Shown piece after piece: positions 52,222 to 53,631 of a stretch of 53,631 nt of DNA. A program made the translations under genes and the position numbers. The notes under the pieces were generated by a model, which made no database searches, had not been told where the DNA came from, and saw only the letters and a program-made list of their open reading frames with translations. The stretch spans positions 1 to 53,631 of the IMG/VR virus record IMGVR_UViG_3300031749_000457; one strand, written 5' to 3'. Each line of letters opens with the position of its first letter. Within the stretch, counting starts at the first letter, position 1. Source of the DNA: a virus (lineage: Duplodnaviria; Caudoviricetes).

Positions 52222-53631
52222 ATGGCTGTATTTAGCGTTATAAAATTATCAGAACTTGAAGGGGCAAAAAGGATTGATGCCGAGTATTATAAGCCGGAGT
52301 GTTTAGAAGCTAAACAACTATTATTCAAAACCAATTCTATTCCTTTTAAAAACTTAGTAAAGGAAATTATCCATCCTAAAGAAATTAAAAGAGAATATGA
52401 AGAAGAGAAACAAGATTATTTGTTCCTACTTGCCCAAAATGCGAGACCGCTAATGCTTGATTTATCAGAAAGAAAATATATCTCAGAAGAAAAAGCAAAG
52501 CAAATGCCTAAAAATTTGTTAGAAAAAGGGGATATTGTACTTGTGAGATCAGGAAACGTAGGTGATTTAACCGTTTATACAGGCGAACCTAATAAATGTA
52601 TCGCTTCTGCCGATTTATTAGTGGCTAAGGTTAGTTTTAGACATCCTTATTATATCGGAGTTTTTTTAAATACATTTTTGGGAAGTAAATTTTTATTAAG
52701 AGGCATTTATAGTGGATTACAACCTCATATAGCACCAACTTATATAAAACAAATACCAATTCCAATTTTTTCTGAAGATTTGATGACAAATATTGATAAT
52801 TTATTTTTACAAGCACAAGATTTGTTAAAACAAAGTCAAAATTTTTACTCACAAGCCGAAGACCTCCTTTTAGAAGAACTCGGACTTAAAGACTTCAAGC
52901 CAAAGTATGAAAAAACATATACCGCTAAACTTTCTGATGCCTTCTCTGCTCATAGAATAGATGCGGAATATTTTCAGCCTGCGTATGAGGAAGTGATTGA
53001 GAAATTAAGAGAAAATAATATAGAATTGAAACCGCTCAGAACATTTATTTTGCGCATTCAAAAAGGAATAGAAATCGGAAGCGAGAATTACCAAGATGAA
53101 GGGAAGGCATTTATTAGAGTAAGTAATCTTTCTATAAACGGATTTACTGATAGAGATCAAAAATATCTAAGTGAAGAATTATACCAGCAATTAAGAGAAA
53201 CTTATGAACCCAAGCAAGGCGATTTTCTTTTAACAAAGGATGCAACCCCTGGGATTGCTTATGTTGTAAAAGAACAAATAGAAGGGGTAATCTCAAGCGG
53301 TATCTTAAGATTGCAAATAAACGAGAACGAAATAAATAATGAGTATCTTGCCTTGTGTATAAATTCCCTTATTGGAAAAATGCAGATAGAAAGGGATGGC
53401 GGAGGTTCTGTTATAATTCATTGGAAACCAGAGCAAGTAAAAAGATTAACTATCCCCATCCTCCCCCTTTCAACCCAGCAAAAAATCGCCTCATTAGTTC
53501 AGCAATCCCATGAGGCAAGAAGGAAGGCAAAAGAATTATTGGAAGTAGCAAAAAGAGCGGTAGAGATTGCTATTGAGAAGAATGAAAAAGAAGCATTGGA
53601 ATATATTTATAAATTTAAAGGAGATTTTTAA
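52222..53631 (+). CDS. hsdS: RM specificity (HsdS-like) subunit with two target-recognition domains
   Basis: Duplicated RIDAEYY/RIDAEYF halves, KGDIVL / QGDFLLTKD, IPIPI / IPILPLSTQQKIA; ATG 52222. Confidence 0.85.
   Translation: MAVFSVIKLSELEGAKRIDAEYYKPECLEAKQLLFKTNSIPFKNLVKEIIHPKEIKREYEEEKQDYLFLLAQNARPLMLDLSERKYISEEKAKQMPKNLLEKGDIVLVRSGNVGDLTVYTGEPNKCIASADLLVAKVSFRHPYYIGVFLNTFLGSKFLLRGIYSGLQPHIAPTYIKQIPIPIFSEDLMTNIDNLFLQAQDLLKQSQNFYSQAEDLLLEELGLKDFKPKYEKTYTAKLSDAFSAHRIDAEYFQPAYEEVIEKLRENNIELKPLRTFILRIQKGIEIGSENYQDEGKAFIRVSNLSINGFTDRDQKYLSEELYQQLRETYEPKQGDFLLTKDATPGIAYVVKEQIEGVISSGILRLQINENEINNEYLALCINSLIGKMQIERDGGGSVIIHWKPEQVKRLTIPILPLSTQQKIASLVQQSHEARRKAKELLEVAKRAVEIAIEKNEKEALEYIYKFKGDF

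Noticed and set aside
875-52852. Numerous minus-strand ORFs in the track
   Set aside because: They lie antisense to well-supported + strand genes, have Ser/Leu/Pro/Phe-rich shadow composition and show no motifs

Overview
This window is a partial genome of a tailed bacteriophage or prophage, with essentially every real gene on the + strand. The host is bacterial: there is a peptidoglycan amidase, Shine-Dalgarno sites, and sigma70- and sigma54-type promoters. Gene order: (1) intein-containing large terminase; (2) T4 gp20-like portal; (3) a ~9.7 kb cluster of putative head-packaged cargo/effector genes (GNAT, PurD-like ATP-grasp, MuF-intein-HEAT-ADP-ribosyltransferase fusion, a second ADP-ribosyltransferase, and others); (4) a lysis cassette; (5) T4 gp21-like protease/scaffold and gp23-like capsid; (6) three glycosyltransferases; (7) neck/tail genes with a -1 frameshifted chaperone, tape measure and fibres; (8) an AT-rich control region with enhancer-like repeats, IHF consensus sites and a sigma54 -24/-12 promoter, followed by a ~450 nt highly base-paired candidate ncRNA; (9) small early-type genes (Zn fingers, DUF6891-like, RadC, beta-clamp-like); (10) a two-gene restriction-modification locus. 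The most striking signal is in the cargo cluster: unrelated proteins share an N-terminal leader ending in [LI]-X-E and/or a GGPGSGHWGHxGRPGxRGGS motif. This suggests a modular capsid-targeting and protease-release system for injected enzymes, most of them followed by a small partner ORF. No integrase, small terminase or replication genes were recognised. All family calls are by motif recognition only; no searches were run.
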